NCBI GenBank assembly: GCA_965208675.1
Contig: OZ242351.1
Location: 4,352,001 to 4,416,000 of the forward strand
DNA length: 64,000 bases
Reading direction: 5' to 3'
Origin: Candidatus Poribacteria bacterium
GTDB lineage: Bacteria > Poribacteria > WGA-4E > PCPOR2b
Shown: positions 9,437 through 18,666 of the stretch, in pieces
Numbering within the stretch: position 1 is the stretch's first letter
Layout of the letters: the number at the start of each line of letters is the position of its first letter
Made by a program: the position numbers and the translations under genes
The notes under the pieces: generated by a model
What the model saw: the letters and a program-made list of their open reading frames with translations, nothing else
Told to the model about the DNA's origin: nothing
Databases searched by the model: none

Positions 9437-10450
9437 ATGATAAAGATTGATAATTTAGAACTAGGCGATTTTCCGATTCTGTTGGCGCCCATGGAAGATG
9501 TCAGCGATCCGCCTTTTCGCAAGGTTTGCCACGATAACGGCGCGGACCTGATGTTTACGGAATTCATCTCTTCGGAGGGACTCATCAGGAACGCTGCTAA
9601 GAGCGTATCGAAGCTAGATATCTTCGAGTATGAGCGTCCTATCGGCATTCAGATTTTCGGCAGCGAAATTTCATCAATGAGAGAGGCGGTTGGAATTGCC
9701 GAGAAGGCTGATCCCGATCTGATTGACATCAACTACGGCTGCCCTGTGAAAAAGGTGGCGTGCAAGGGGGCGGGCGCCGGGATTTTACTGGATCTTCCGA
9801 AGATGATTAAAATGACGGACGAGATTGTAAAGTCCACGGCATTGCCGGTAACGGTCAAAACCCGGCTTGGTTGGGATGAAAAGACGAAATTCATTGTGGA
9901 TATCGCGGAAAGATTGCAGGATGTAGGGATTCAGGCAATTACTGTTCACGGCAGAACGCGGGTGCAGATGTACAAAGGTGACGCCGACTGGACTTTGATA
10001 GGGGAAATAAAAAATAATCCTCGCATGAAAATTCCCGTTTTTGGAAACGGCGATGTCGACAGCCCCCAAAAGGCGTTTGAATTACGCCAAACGTACGGCG
10101 TGGATGGCATAATGATTGGGCGGGCTGCGATTGGTTATCCGTGGATTTTCAACGAAATCAAACACTACCTTGCCACGGGACAAAAACTGCCTCCGCCAAC
10201 CCTGAAAGAGTGCCTACACGTCATGGAACAACATCTGAATCTCTCCGTCAAATGGAAGGGGATGCGGTTGGGCATCCTAGAGATGAGAAGGCATTATAAG
10301 AACTATCTCAAGGGCATACCGAACATGAAACCTTACCGCTCAAAGCTAGTGACGAGCGATAGTTATGGAGAAATTATCCAAGTTATAGACGATTTACAAG
10401 AACGTACTGGATTGACCGGATACGATCAAATCGAACAACATGGAGGATAA
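9437..10450 (+). CDS. dusB: tRNA-dihydrouridine synthase DusB
   Basis: LLAPMEDVSD, IDINYGCPVKKV, PVTVKTRLGWD, VHGRTR, GNGDV, GIMIGRAAIGYPWIF. Confidence 0.92.
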   Translation: MIKIDNLELGDFPILLAPMEDVSDPPFRKVCHDNGADLMFTEFISSEGLIRNAAKSVSKLDIFEYERPIGIQIFGSEISSMREAVGIAEKADPDLIDINYGCPVKKVACKGAGAGILLDLPKMIKMTDEIVKSTALPVTVKTRLGWDEKTKFIVDIAERLQDVGIQAITVHGRTRVQMYKGDADWTLIGEIKNNPRMKIPVFGNGDVDSPQKAFELRQTYGVDGIMIGRAAIGYPWIFNEIKHYLATGQKLPPPTLKECLHVMEQHLNLSVKWKGMRLGILEMRRHYKNYLKGIPNMKPYRSKLVTSDSYGEIIQVIDDLQERTGLTGYDQIEQHGG

Positions 10451-10454
10451 GATT

Positions 10455-11207
10455 ATGAAAATCAGGCCAAACCGGGTGAAGCAGAAACTTGCAGCGGGGG
10501 AACTATCTTACACAATCAGCGGCATCACCCACGCGGACGACATTGACGCATTCGGCCCGAACGGATTTGACGGTGTGTGGCTGGAAGCCGAGCACGGGGC
10601 AGTGGACGCGGCGGATCTCGGCAACCTCACCCGCGCCTGCGACATTTGGAATTTGACTTCGGTGGTTCGCGTCAACCGCAACGACCAGGCACTCATTTAT
10701 CGCACACTCGACCGCGGCGCGCAGGGCATCGTCGTCCCGCACGTGAACACCAAGGAGGAAGCCCAGAACGTCGTCGACGGCGGCAAGTTCGCGCCGATGG
10801 GGCACCGCGGCATGTTCACGAGCCGCCAGGGCTACGCAGTGCCCGATTATTACGATGTCGCGAACGATGAGACGCTGCTAATCGTACTGATTGAGGACAT
10901 TGCTGCTATCGGGAATCTTGATGAAATTCTGAGTGTGGACGGAATTGACGTGTTCATGGTTGCCCCGACAGATTTGGCGGCTTCGATGGGGCATCTCGCG
11001 AATATTCAACACCCGGAAGTTCAAGCTACAATTGATGACGCACTCGCGCGCATTCAGACGGCGGGACGGGTAGCCGGCACGCTTGTCAATAACCGAAACG
11101 TCGCCAAATACGTTCAGGCGGGGGTGCGATTCTTATTGACACAAGTTAAACCGTGGCTTGCTGACGGCGCAGCCGAATTCATGACCAACGCCGAGAACGC
11201 TAGGTGA
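10455..11207 (+). CDS. HpcH/HpaI aldolase family protein
   Basis: WLEAEHG, RTLDRGAQGIVVPHV, VLIED, PTDLAASMG; GGAGG RBS before ATG 10455. Confidence 0.88.
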   Translation: MKIRPNRVKQKLAAGELSYTISGITHADDIDAFGPNGFDGVWLEAEHGAVDAADLGNLTRACDIWNLTSVVRVNRNDQALIYRTLDRGAQGIVVPHVNTKEEAQNVVDGGKFAPMGHRGMFTSRQGYAVPDYYDVANDETLLIVLIEDIAAIGNLDEILSVDGIDVFMVAPTDLAASMGHLANIQHPEVQATIDDALARIQTAGRVAGTLVNNRNVAKYVQAGVRFLLTQVKPWLADGAAEFMTNAENAR

Positions 11208-11287
11208 CGCGAGCGAGCGTTCGCCGATGTTTAACCGGTGCGAAATAGTGCATGATTAGATGAAGCTGCGGATTCCTTCAAAAAAAC

Positions 11288-12475
11288 TCACACGACACCT
11301 TGACCCTTCAATCGGGCGACTTCATCGGGGGCCATTCCCAACAATCCGGTTAGAATCTCGCCGGTATGCTCACCGAGATTGGGTGCGGGCGCATCAACAC
11401 TTCCGGGTGTTTCCGATAGCTTAATCGGAACACCCGGAATTCCAACGGCGCCCGTCATTTGGTGTTCGACTTCGACAATCATCTCCCTCGCCAGGACTTG
11501 CGGATCGCTGGCTACCTTGTCCACTGTGTTGACGGGACCGCAGGGCACACCAATCTCTTCAAGCGCAGTCTCCCACTGCTCGGTTGAACGTTGGCGCATA
11601 ATCTCCGCAAGGATTGGGAATAGTTCCTCATGATTCTCGGTGCGCAGCGCATTCGTGCAGAACCTACTGTCGTTGATTAGCTCACGCTGGTTGACATGCT
11701 CGCAAAACTTCTTCCACAGCACATTGTTTCCCATGGCTATGACCACATAGCCGTCTGCGGATTCAAACGCCTCAAACGGCGTTATTGTTGGATGGCGCCT
11801 GCCCAACGGCTGCGGCACCTCGCCGGTAGAGAGGTAGCGCACCATGGCGTTTTCCAGGATTGCTACTTGGCAGTCCAACATACCGACATCAATGAATTGC
11901 CCTTCGCCAGTCTTGTCGCGGTGCCGCAGCGCCGAGAGGATCCCGATCGCCGTAAACAGTGCGGCGGTGATGTCGCTAATCGACGTACCGACGCGAACTG
12001 GCGGACGATCCGGTTCGCCGGTGATGCTAATCATACCGCCCATCCCTTGGATAATCATGTCGTAAGCGCCTCGACCGGCATAGGGTCCAGTCTGGCCAAA
12101 TCCCGAACAGGCTGCATAAAGCAGCGGCGGGTGGTGTTTCTTTAGAGATTCGTAGTCCAAGCCGAGTTTTTTCATGGCGCCCGGTCGAAAATTTTCGAGG
12201 AGTACATCCGACTTTTTCACCAACTCCACGAAGATATCCTTGCCAGGCTGGGATTTGAGGTTCAGTGTCAGGCTTTTTTTGCCCCGGTTTATGCTCATAA
12301 AGTACAGGCTAAAGTCGTTTTTAAATGGGCCGATGCCTCTGGCTTCGTCTCCGACAATAGGCTGCTCAATTTTTATGACTTCGGCGCCGAGATCTCGCAA
12401 GATCATGGCTGCGTAGGGTCCTGCCAAAATGCGGGTGAGATCCAAGACTCGTATGCCTTTTAATGGGCCTTGCAT
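11288..12475 (-). CDS. CaiB/BaiF family (class III) CoA-transferase
   Basis: GPLKGIRVLDLTRILAGPY, LGAEVIKIE, NRGKKS, ENFRPG, SGFGQTGPY, APNLGEHT. Confidence 0.93.
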   Translation of the reverse strand: MQGPLKGIRVLDLTRILAGPYAAMILRDLGAEVIKIEQPIVGDEARGIGPFKNDFSLYFMSINRGKKSLTLNLKSQPGKDIFVELVKKSDVLLENFRPGAMKKLGLDYESLKKHHPPLLYAACSGFGQTGPYAGRGAYDMIIQGMGGMISITGEPDRPPVRVGTSISDITAALFTAIGILSALRHRDKTGEGQFIDVGMLDCQVAILENAMVRYLSTGEVPQPLGRRHPTITPFEAFESADGYVVIAMGNNVLWKKFCEHVNQRELINDSRFCTNALRTENHEELFPILAEIMRQRSTEQWETALEEIGVPCGPVNTVDKVASDPQVLAREMIVEVEHQMTGAVGIPGVPIKLSETPGSVDAPAPNLGEHTGEILTGLLGMAPDEVARLKGQGVV

Positions 12476-12663
12476 GTATTTTCCTTTCTGTCCGTGGTGA
12501 CACGTATTTTAACACGATTCACGTATCTATTTGAATCGAAAACCGATACGGCGGCCTCATGGTAGCGCCGGCAAATTTATGTTGATTTTCCCTCAAACAC
12601 CTGTACAATATAGCGCGTGAAAATTCAGATAAACAGGCGACGCGAGTTTTGGAGGAAGAGATT

Positions 12664-13449
12664 ATGCGACACAACAAATTGCGCGAAATACTGAACACGG
12701 GCCAACCGAGCATTAGCACGCACGTGCACAGCACTTGGCCGAGTGTTGTCGAAGCTATCGGGCATACCGGCATGTACGACTACGTCGAATTCGTCGCGGA
12801 ATATGCGCCTTTCGACCTGTATGCGCTCGACAACTTCTGCCGCGCGGTTGAACTTTTTGACATGTCCGCCATGATTAAAATCGATCAGGAACCTCGAAAC
12901 TTTCTGGCGCAGCGCGCGATCGGATCCGGCTTCCAGAGTGTTTTATTTGCGGATGTCCGGACGGTCGAGGATGCACACGAGTGTGTTCGAGCGGTACGCC
13001 CCGAAACGCCCGAAGCCGGCGGATATCACGGAGTTGCCACGCGGCGCGCCACATATATGGGATATGGCGGCACAAAAGACTATGTAAACGCACTAAATGA
13101 CATCGTAATTGCGTTTATGATAGAAAAAAAGCCTACAATAGATGCCCTAGCGGACATCCTGTCAGTGGATGGCGTAGATATGCTCCAGTGGGGCGGGGCG
13201 GACTTTTCTATGAGTATTGGACGCCCCGGAGAGCGTTACAAACCGGACATCAGAGCCATTGAGCGGACCGTAATAGAAACGGGTCTTAAAATGAACGTTC
13301 CGCCGCGAGCGGAAATTGACAGTGTGGACGACGCAAAATATTACCTAGATTTAGGCGTGCGCCATTTTTCCATAGGTACAGACATTATGGTGCTGCACAG
13401 GTGGATGAAGGAAAACGGGGAGGCGCTGCGTAAAGAGATTTTGGGGTAA
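12664..13449 (+). CDS. HpcH/HpaI aldolase family protein
   Basis: DYVEFVAEY, AFMIEK, GVDMLQWGGADFSMSIG; GGAGGA RBS. Confidence 0.8.
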   Translation: MRHNKLREILNTGQPSISTHVHSTWPSVVEAIGHTGMYDYVEFVAEYAPFDLYALDNFCRAVELFDMSAMIKIDQEPRNFLAQRAIGSGFQSVLFADVRTVEDAHECVRAVRPETPEAGGYHGVATRRATYMGYGGTKDYVNALNDIVIAFMIEKKPTIDALADILSVDGVDMLQWGGADFSMSIGRPGERYKPDIRAIERTVIETGLKMNVPPRAEIDSVDDAKYYLDLGVRHFSIGTDIMVLHRWMKENGEALRKEILG

Positions 13450-13661
13450 GCAGCGTTGGAACAGTTTTTGCGTTAAAAAACATTGCCATCATGGGCAGAA
13501 TAGGGGTGGGGGTTATGACGTGCGGTGTGGATGCAATACGATTTTGCAAAATATCACAGCACGCGGAGTGTGCCGTTATGAGCGGCGAGACGCCGTGCCT
13601 ACTGCGGAGGCGTGGTGAGATGGCGCGCTTTCGGGGGAGGGAAAATATTACAGTTCGGGCA

Positions 13662-14942
13662 ATGAGAATTTTTGTGTTGGCGGTGATAAGCACCGTGTTG
13701 TTTGGACACGCCGTTGCCGACGACTGGCCGCAGTGGCGAGGCGTTAACCGCGACGGCGTATGGCTGGAAACCGGCATTGTCGAGAAATTCGACGAACTTT
13801 CGATTCGGTGGCGGGCAGAGATTGGCGCCGGATACAGCGGGCCCACCGTCGCCGAGGGACGTGTGTACGTGACCGACCGCATCACGAAACCGCAGCAGAT
13901 GGAGCGCGTCCACTGTTTTGACTGGGAAACCGGAAACGAGATCTGGACTTACGCTTACGTCTGCGAATACCGAAATGTCGGTTACACCGCAGGACCGCGC
14001 GCCAACGTGACTGTGCACGAGGGTCTGGCGTATGCGCTCGGCGCCATGGGGCATCTGCACTGCTTTAACGCGGCGGATGGCGAGGTCGTCTGGAAAAAAG
14101 ACCTCAACGGCGAATACAATATTCGCATGCCGACATGGGGGATTACGAGCGCGCCGATTATCGACAAGGATTTAATCATCGTGCAGATCGGCGGTTCTCC
14201 CGGCGCATGCCTCGTTGCCTTCGACCGCAAAAACGGCGAAGAGCGGTGGACAGCGCTCGACGACCGCGCCTCCTACGCTGCGCCGATTATTATCAGTCAG
14301 TCAGGCGAGCGGGTGCTGGTCTGTTGGACCGGCGACAACGTTGCCGGACTTAACCCGCAAACGGGCGAACTACATTGGAAACACCCGTTTGCACCCGACA
14401 AAAGCGTCATATCCATAGCGACGCCGGTATTTCACGGCGGACGTCTTTTCGTCTCCAACTTTTTCGAAGGTTCGCTCATGCTCAGGGTTCACCCCGACCG
14501 ATTGTCGGTTGAGAAGATTTGGCGGCGAAAAGGCGTTGATGAGAAAAATACCGACAGCCTACACGCCATCATGTCGACGCCGCTTCTGATTGGCGACTAC
14601 ATTTACGGCGTTGACAGCTACGGCGAGCTGCGGTGCCTTGAAGCCGACACGGGCGACCGAATCTGGGAAGATGTCACCGCGGTTCCTAGAGCGCGCTGGG
14701 GTACGATTCACTGTGTACGCAACGGCGATAGGGTCTGGATGTTCAACGAACGCGGCGAATTGCTTGTCACCACGCTGTCTCCGGCGGGGCTTAACATCAT
14801 CAGCCGCGCCAATCTCATCGAGCCGACACGCGGCCAACTCAACAGCCGCGGCGGCGTTTGCTGGTCGCATCCGGCATTCGCGTATAAGCATGTTTTTGCC
14901 CGCAATGACGAGGAACTGGTGTGCGCGACGTTGGCGAAGTAG
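13662..14942 (+). CDS. Secreted PQQ-binding-like beta-propeller repeat protein
   Basis: Signal peptide then ADDWPQWRGVNRDG, GYSGPTVAEGRVY, repeated (N/D)xxxGExxW blades, WSHPAFA. Confidence 0.85.
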   Translation: MRIFVLAVISTVLFGHAVADDWPQWRGVNRDGVWLETGIVEKFDELSIRWRAEIGAGYSGPTVAEGRVYVTDRITKPQQMERVHCFDWETGNEIWTYAYVCEYRNVGYTAGPRANVTVHEGLAYALGAMGHLHCFNAADGEVVWKKDLNGEYNIRMPTWGITSAPIIDKDLIIVQIGGSPGACLVAFDRKNGEERWTALDDRASYAAPIIISQSGERVLVCWTGDNVAGLNPQTGELHWKHPFAPDKSVISIATPVFHGGRLFVSNFFEGSLMLRVHPDRLSVEKIWRRKGVDEKNTDSLHAIMSTPLLIGDYIYGVDSYGELRCLEADTGDRIWEDVTAVPRARWGTIHCVRNGDRVWMFNERGELLVTTLSPAGLNIISRANLIEPTRGQLNSRGGVCWSHPAFAYKHVFARNDEELVCATLAK

Positions 14943-15146
14943 CTGAACGTTGGATGAACGTAGTCGCCGTGCCGTGCGCGCCGCCATGCCCAATCTCTCA
15001 CGCCAATTCGCGTTCTTCTCTCAACCCACGATGCGGACAGACGTTCCGGCGAGACAGATTGCATTGGGATATGCGAAACATTTAACATGATATACTTGAT
15101 GGTTCTGTGTTCGATACTGGTATCGAGCCAACGCGAGGTTATTCCG

Positions 15147-16592
15147 ATGACCAACGATTCCAATCAGGCGCATCTAAAGCGGCAGCAGATGGCTGGCGAC
15201 CCATACCGCCCGCTATATCACTTCCTACCGCCGGCGAACTGGATGAACGACCCGAACGGCGCAATCTTTTGGAAAGGGAAATACCATCTGTTTTACCAAT
15301 ACAACCCCAACGGCGCATTCCACGGCACGATTCACTGGGGGCACACGGTGAGCAAGAATTTGGTGCATTGGACCGATCTGCCAATCGCACTGGCGCCGAC
15401 GCCGGGCGGCGCTGACCGGGAGGGTTGCTATAGCGGAGGCGCAGTCGTTAATGACGGCGTTCCGACGCTAATTTACTTCGGCAATCCTGACGGTAATTGC
15501 ATTGCGACCAGTACAGACGATCTGCTGACATGGCAAAAACCGCCCGAAAATCCGGTTATTCCGCAGTCTGCGCCGGGCGCGGAGTGGCGGGCGTTTGATC
15601 CGTGTGCGTGGCGGGAAGGCGACACCTGGTACTCGCTCGCCGGCGGGCGGCTCGACGACATTGGAGACACGGCGTTTCTATTCCGGTCGCCGGACATGAT
15701 AAATTGGGAATTCTTGCACCCATTTTACGCCAGTGAATTGGACAAGGAATCGGAATCGGATTGTGCCGTCCCCGATTTCTTTCCGCTCGGCGAGAAGCAC
15801 ATGCTGTTGTTCGCCAGCCACGAGCGCGGCGTACAATACTATATCGGCAGATATGCAGATCAGAGGTTTTATCCTGAGCGCCACGGCAGGCTGAATTTCG
15901 GGGAATTCGGCGGCAACAGCGGGCACCTGTGTGCAGGCATCACGTTGAGAGACGGCGGGGGAAGGCGAATTTTCTTCGGCTGGGTTTCAGAGGGCCGCAG
16001 CGAAACGGCGCAGCGCGCCTCCGGTTGGGCGGGGGTGATGTGTATCCCGCGGGTGTTGTCGCTGTTTGACGACGATTCGCTGCGCATCGAGCCTGTGCCG
16101 GAAATAGAAAAGCTGCGCGGCAATCATCACCGGACTACCAGTCTCCGCATTAACGGCGGCCGATCGGTACGGCTAGCCGGTATTTCCGGGGATTGCCTTG
16201 AGCTCGACGTTGAACTGGATCCGGGCGGCGCGGAGGAATTCGGCGTCAAGGTGCGCTGCGCGCCCGACGGCGGCGAACAGACGATAATCGCTTATAACCG
16301 TACGGAGAAACGCCTCATTTTGGATGCGGAGCGATCGAGCGTAAATCCTGACGCGGTTAACCGCGGCGTGCAGCGCACGCCGTTTGCGTTGGATGCGGGC
16401 GAACTGTTGAAGTTGCGAATTTTCGTAGACCGTTCTATCGTTGAGGTCTTCGCCAATAAGCGGGTGTGCCTCACAAAACGGATCTATCCGTCGGGGCAGG
16501 ACAGCGTTGGGGTGGAAGTTTTCGCTCGCGGCGGGGACGCTGTAGTAAAGTCGGTTGATGCTTGGCAGATGGGGGCGATTTGGCCGCAGTGA
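15147..16592 (+). CDS. Glycoside hydrolase family 32 (beta-fructofuranosidase-like)
   Basis: WMNDPNG, YHLFYQYNP, HWGH, SGGA, C-terminal LRIFVDRSIVEVFAN; RDP and EC motifs appear as FDP and AVPD. Confidence 0.88.
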   Translation: MTNDSNQAHLKRQQMAGDPYRPLYHFLPPANWMNDPNGAIFWKGKYHLFYQYNPNGAFHGTIHWGHTVSKNLVHWTDLPIALAPTPGGADREGCYSGGAVVNDGVPTLIYFGNPDGNCIATSTDDLLTWQKPPENPVIPQSAPGAEWRAFDPCAWREGDTWYSLAGGRLDDIGDTAFLFRSPDMINWEFLHPFYASELDKESESDCAVPDFFPLGEKHMLLFASHERGVQYYIGRYADQRFYPERHGRLNFGEFGGNSGHLCAGITLRDGGGRRIFFGWVSEGRSETAQRASGWAGVMCIPRVLSLFDDDSLRIEPVPEIEKLRGNHHRTTSLRINGGRSVRLAGISGDCLELDVELDPGGAEEFGVKVRCAPDGGEQTIIAYNRTEKRLILDAERSSVNPDAVNRGVQRTPFALDAGELLKLRIFVDRSIVEVFANKRVCLTKRIYPSGQDSVGVEVFARGGDAVVKSVDAWQMGAIWPQ

Positions 16593-16656
16593 GTCGGATG
16601 CGGCGAGTAATCTTTTGATTAAATGATGGGATGTGATTAAGCTCTTGTAGGTTTGG

Positions 16657-16688
16657 GATCAACCGAGTGAATAACGAGGGCGATAGTT
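16657..16688 (+). repeat. GATC-hairpin micro-element copy
   Basis: GATCAACCGAGTGAATAACGAGGGCGATAGTT. Confidence 0.85.
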
Positions 16689-16690
16689 TT

Positions 16691-17257
16691 TGTAGGTTGG
16701 GTTAAGCGGTGATGACGAAAGGAAGAACATACTCTGCGTGCGTTTCGAAGTTAGAAAGCGTTTGAAATTTTGATAAGATGTAGCGAACCCAACGCTTTTC
16801 GGTAATTGCGAGGTGTTCAGGTCATTGGGCGACGTTCGGAATTACGAAAAGCGTTGGGTTACGCTCTGTGTATCGGGTTTGTACGCGGTTAGGTTTCCGT
16901 AGCGCTATGTAAAATTGTACGTTATTTGGTAATACCCGCTCAACCCAACCTACAAGAAGCTTTATCGCGGCTGGAAGCCGCTCCCACAGTTTTTGTAGGT
17001 TGGGTTAAGCGGTGGTGACGCAAGGAAGAACATACTCTGCGTGCGTTTCGAAGTTAGAAAGCGTTTGAAATTTTGATAAGATGTAGCGAACCCAACGCTT
17101 TTCGGTAATTGCGAGGTGTTCAGGTCATTGGGCGACGTTCGGAATTACGAAAAGCGTTGGGTTACGCTCTGTGTATCGGGTTTGTACGCGGTTAGGTTTC
17201 CGTAGCGCTATGTAAAATTGTACGTTATTTGGTAATACCCGCTCAACCCAACCTACA
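16691..17257. mobile_element. Two tandem ~264-bp REPIN/MITE-like elements (303-bp period)
   Basis: Each runs TGTAGGTTGGGTTAAGCGG...CCGCTCAACCCAACCTACA (16691-16954, 16994-17257), near-identical, with inner inverted pair AGCGAACCCAACGCTTTT / AAAAGCGTTGGGTTACGCT. Confidence 0.85.
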
Positions 17258-17453
17258 AGAAGCTTTATCGCGGCTGAAAGCCGCACCCACAGGGGCGGGT
17301 CGCGATTCGGAGATCGCTCCTACAGGATACAGTGTAGGGTTAAAGAAACGGAGTTTTGAAGAAAAATTCCGTTTCAAGGAAACGCGCCGGTTCGTGTAAG
17401 GTCAAGGTTCTTTTCCTTGCGGCGGGGTGGGTATTGTGCTATAATTTAAGCGG

Positions 17454-17927
17454 GTGAAAAACGTGGCTGCACCAATCAAAATAATCACTGTTAATCGGAA
17501 AGCACGCCACGAGTATCACTTGCAGGATCGGTTTGAAGCGGGGGTTGTGCTTCAGGGCACGGAGGTAAAATCCATCCGCGCCGGCAACTTTAGCCTGACC
17601 GATAGTTACGTGCGGGTTCAAGACGGTGAGACGTTCCTGATTGATGCGCACATTCCCGCTTACACGCACGGAAACCGCGAAAATCACGAACCCAAGCGGG
17701 CGCGCAAGTTGCTGCTGCATCGGCGGGAAATTAAGAAAATCTCGGAAAAGACGAATTCGTCCGGGATGACAATTGTGCCGACCAGGGCCTATTTTAGCGA
17801 CAGTAACGTCAAGGTCGAAATCGCGGTGGCGCGCGGCAAACAAGACTACGACAAGCGCGAAGATATGAAAAAGGATGCGGATAGGCGCGCGATCCAATTA
17901 TACAAACAGCGGTATTCAGCGCGGTAG
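17454..17927 (+). CDS. smpB: SsrA-binding protein SmpB
   Basis: NRKARHEY, EAGVVLQGTEVKSIR, RKLLLHRREI, ARGKQDYDKRE. Confidence 0.97.
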   Translation: MKNVAAPIKIITVNRKARHEYHLQDRFEAGVVLQGTEVKSIRAGNFSLTDSYVRVQDGETFLIDAHIPAYTHGNRENHEPKRARKLLLHRREIKKISEKTNSSGMTIVPTRAYFSDSNVKVEIAVARGKQDYDKREDMKKDADRRAIQLYKQRYSAR

Positions 17928-17973
17928 CAGTGCAAGAACGGGTTTTGACCGCCGGGTTCTTGCGCACCGATTA

Positions 17974-18326
17974 GGGGGTGAAAAGGTTTCGACGGAAGTA
18001 GATGAGATGAAGGTTGCATGCCGAGGTCTCCGCAGGCCTCGTTAAACAGGCGGAACAAACACAACTGCCGATTACGAAGAATTGGCTCTAGCCGCTTAAA
18101 GCGGCTACGTTCGGTTTGCTTGCGGCCCGTCGGGTTAACCGGGCGTCGAGATACGGGCTGTGCGATTTGCTTTTTCTTCAGGGGCAACCCGCGAGATTTA
18201 CTGGGGATAGCTAATGCGAATCCGGCATAAGGGAGCCGCTGCGGTGAAGCATTAAAACTTATGCTAAGCATGTAGTAGCCTTTGTTGAAATGCCTCCGGA
18301 CGCGGGTTCGATTCCCGCCACCTCCA
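17974..18326 (+). ncRNA. ssrA: tmRNA; tag peptide (A)ADYEELALAA* at 18067-18099
   Basis: 5' GGGGGTGAAAAGGTTTCGAC; 3' GCGGGTTCGATTCCCGCCACCTCCA T-arm/acceptor; tag ends LAA; directly after smpB; terminal CCA not encoded. Confidence 0.95.
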
Positions 18327-18666
18327 TCACGTTATTTGGTTCGCTAGTTTGGTTGAAGCACAATCATCATGCGCCGCGCGTGATTACACGCGTTGCGGCT
18401 TGTGCCGTGCCCATTTTTAAGCGCAGTAACAGGATTTAGGTCTAACACTCCTTTTTGGCGTATGATTTACTATATCCATACCGAAAAGGAGGATGCAAGC
18501 CGCGGTTATTTTATGAAAATCGAAAACGATTAGGATTTGCGTTCTCATTTAGCTCACTCGTTCTTTGATAGGCTTGGCAACTGTGCAGCCTAGTTTTGGA
18601 TTTACCATCTGAAAGATTGTTGTGCGTGAATTAGGAAACAACAGTTTCTTGATTAAATGCTGGAGC

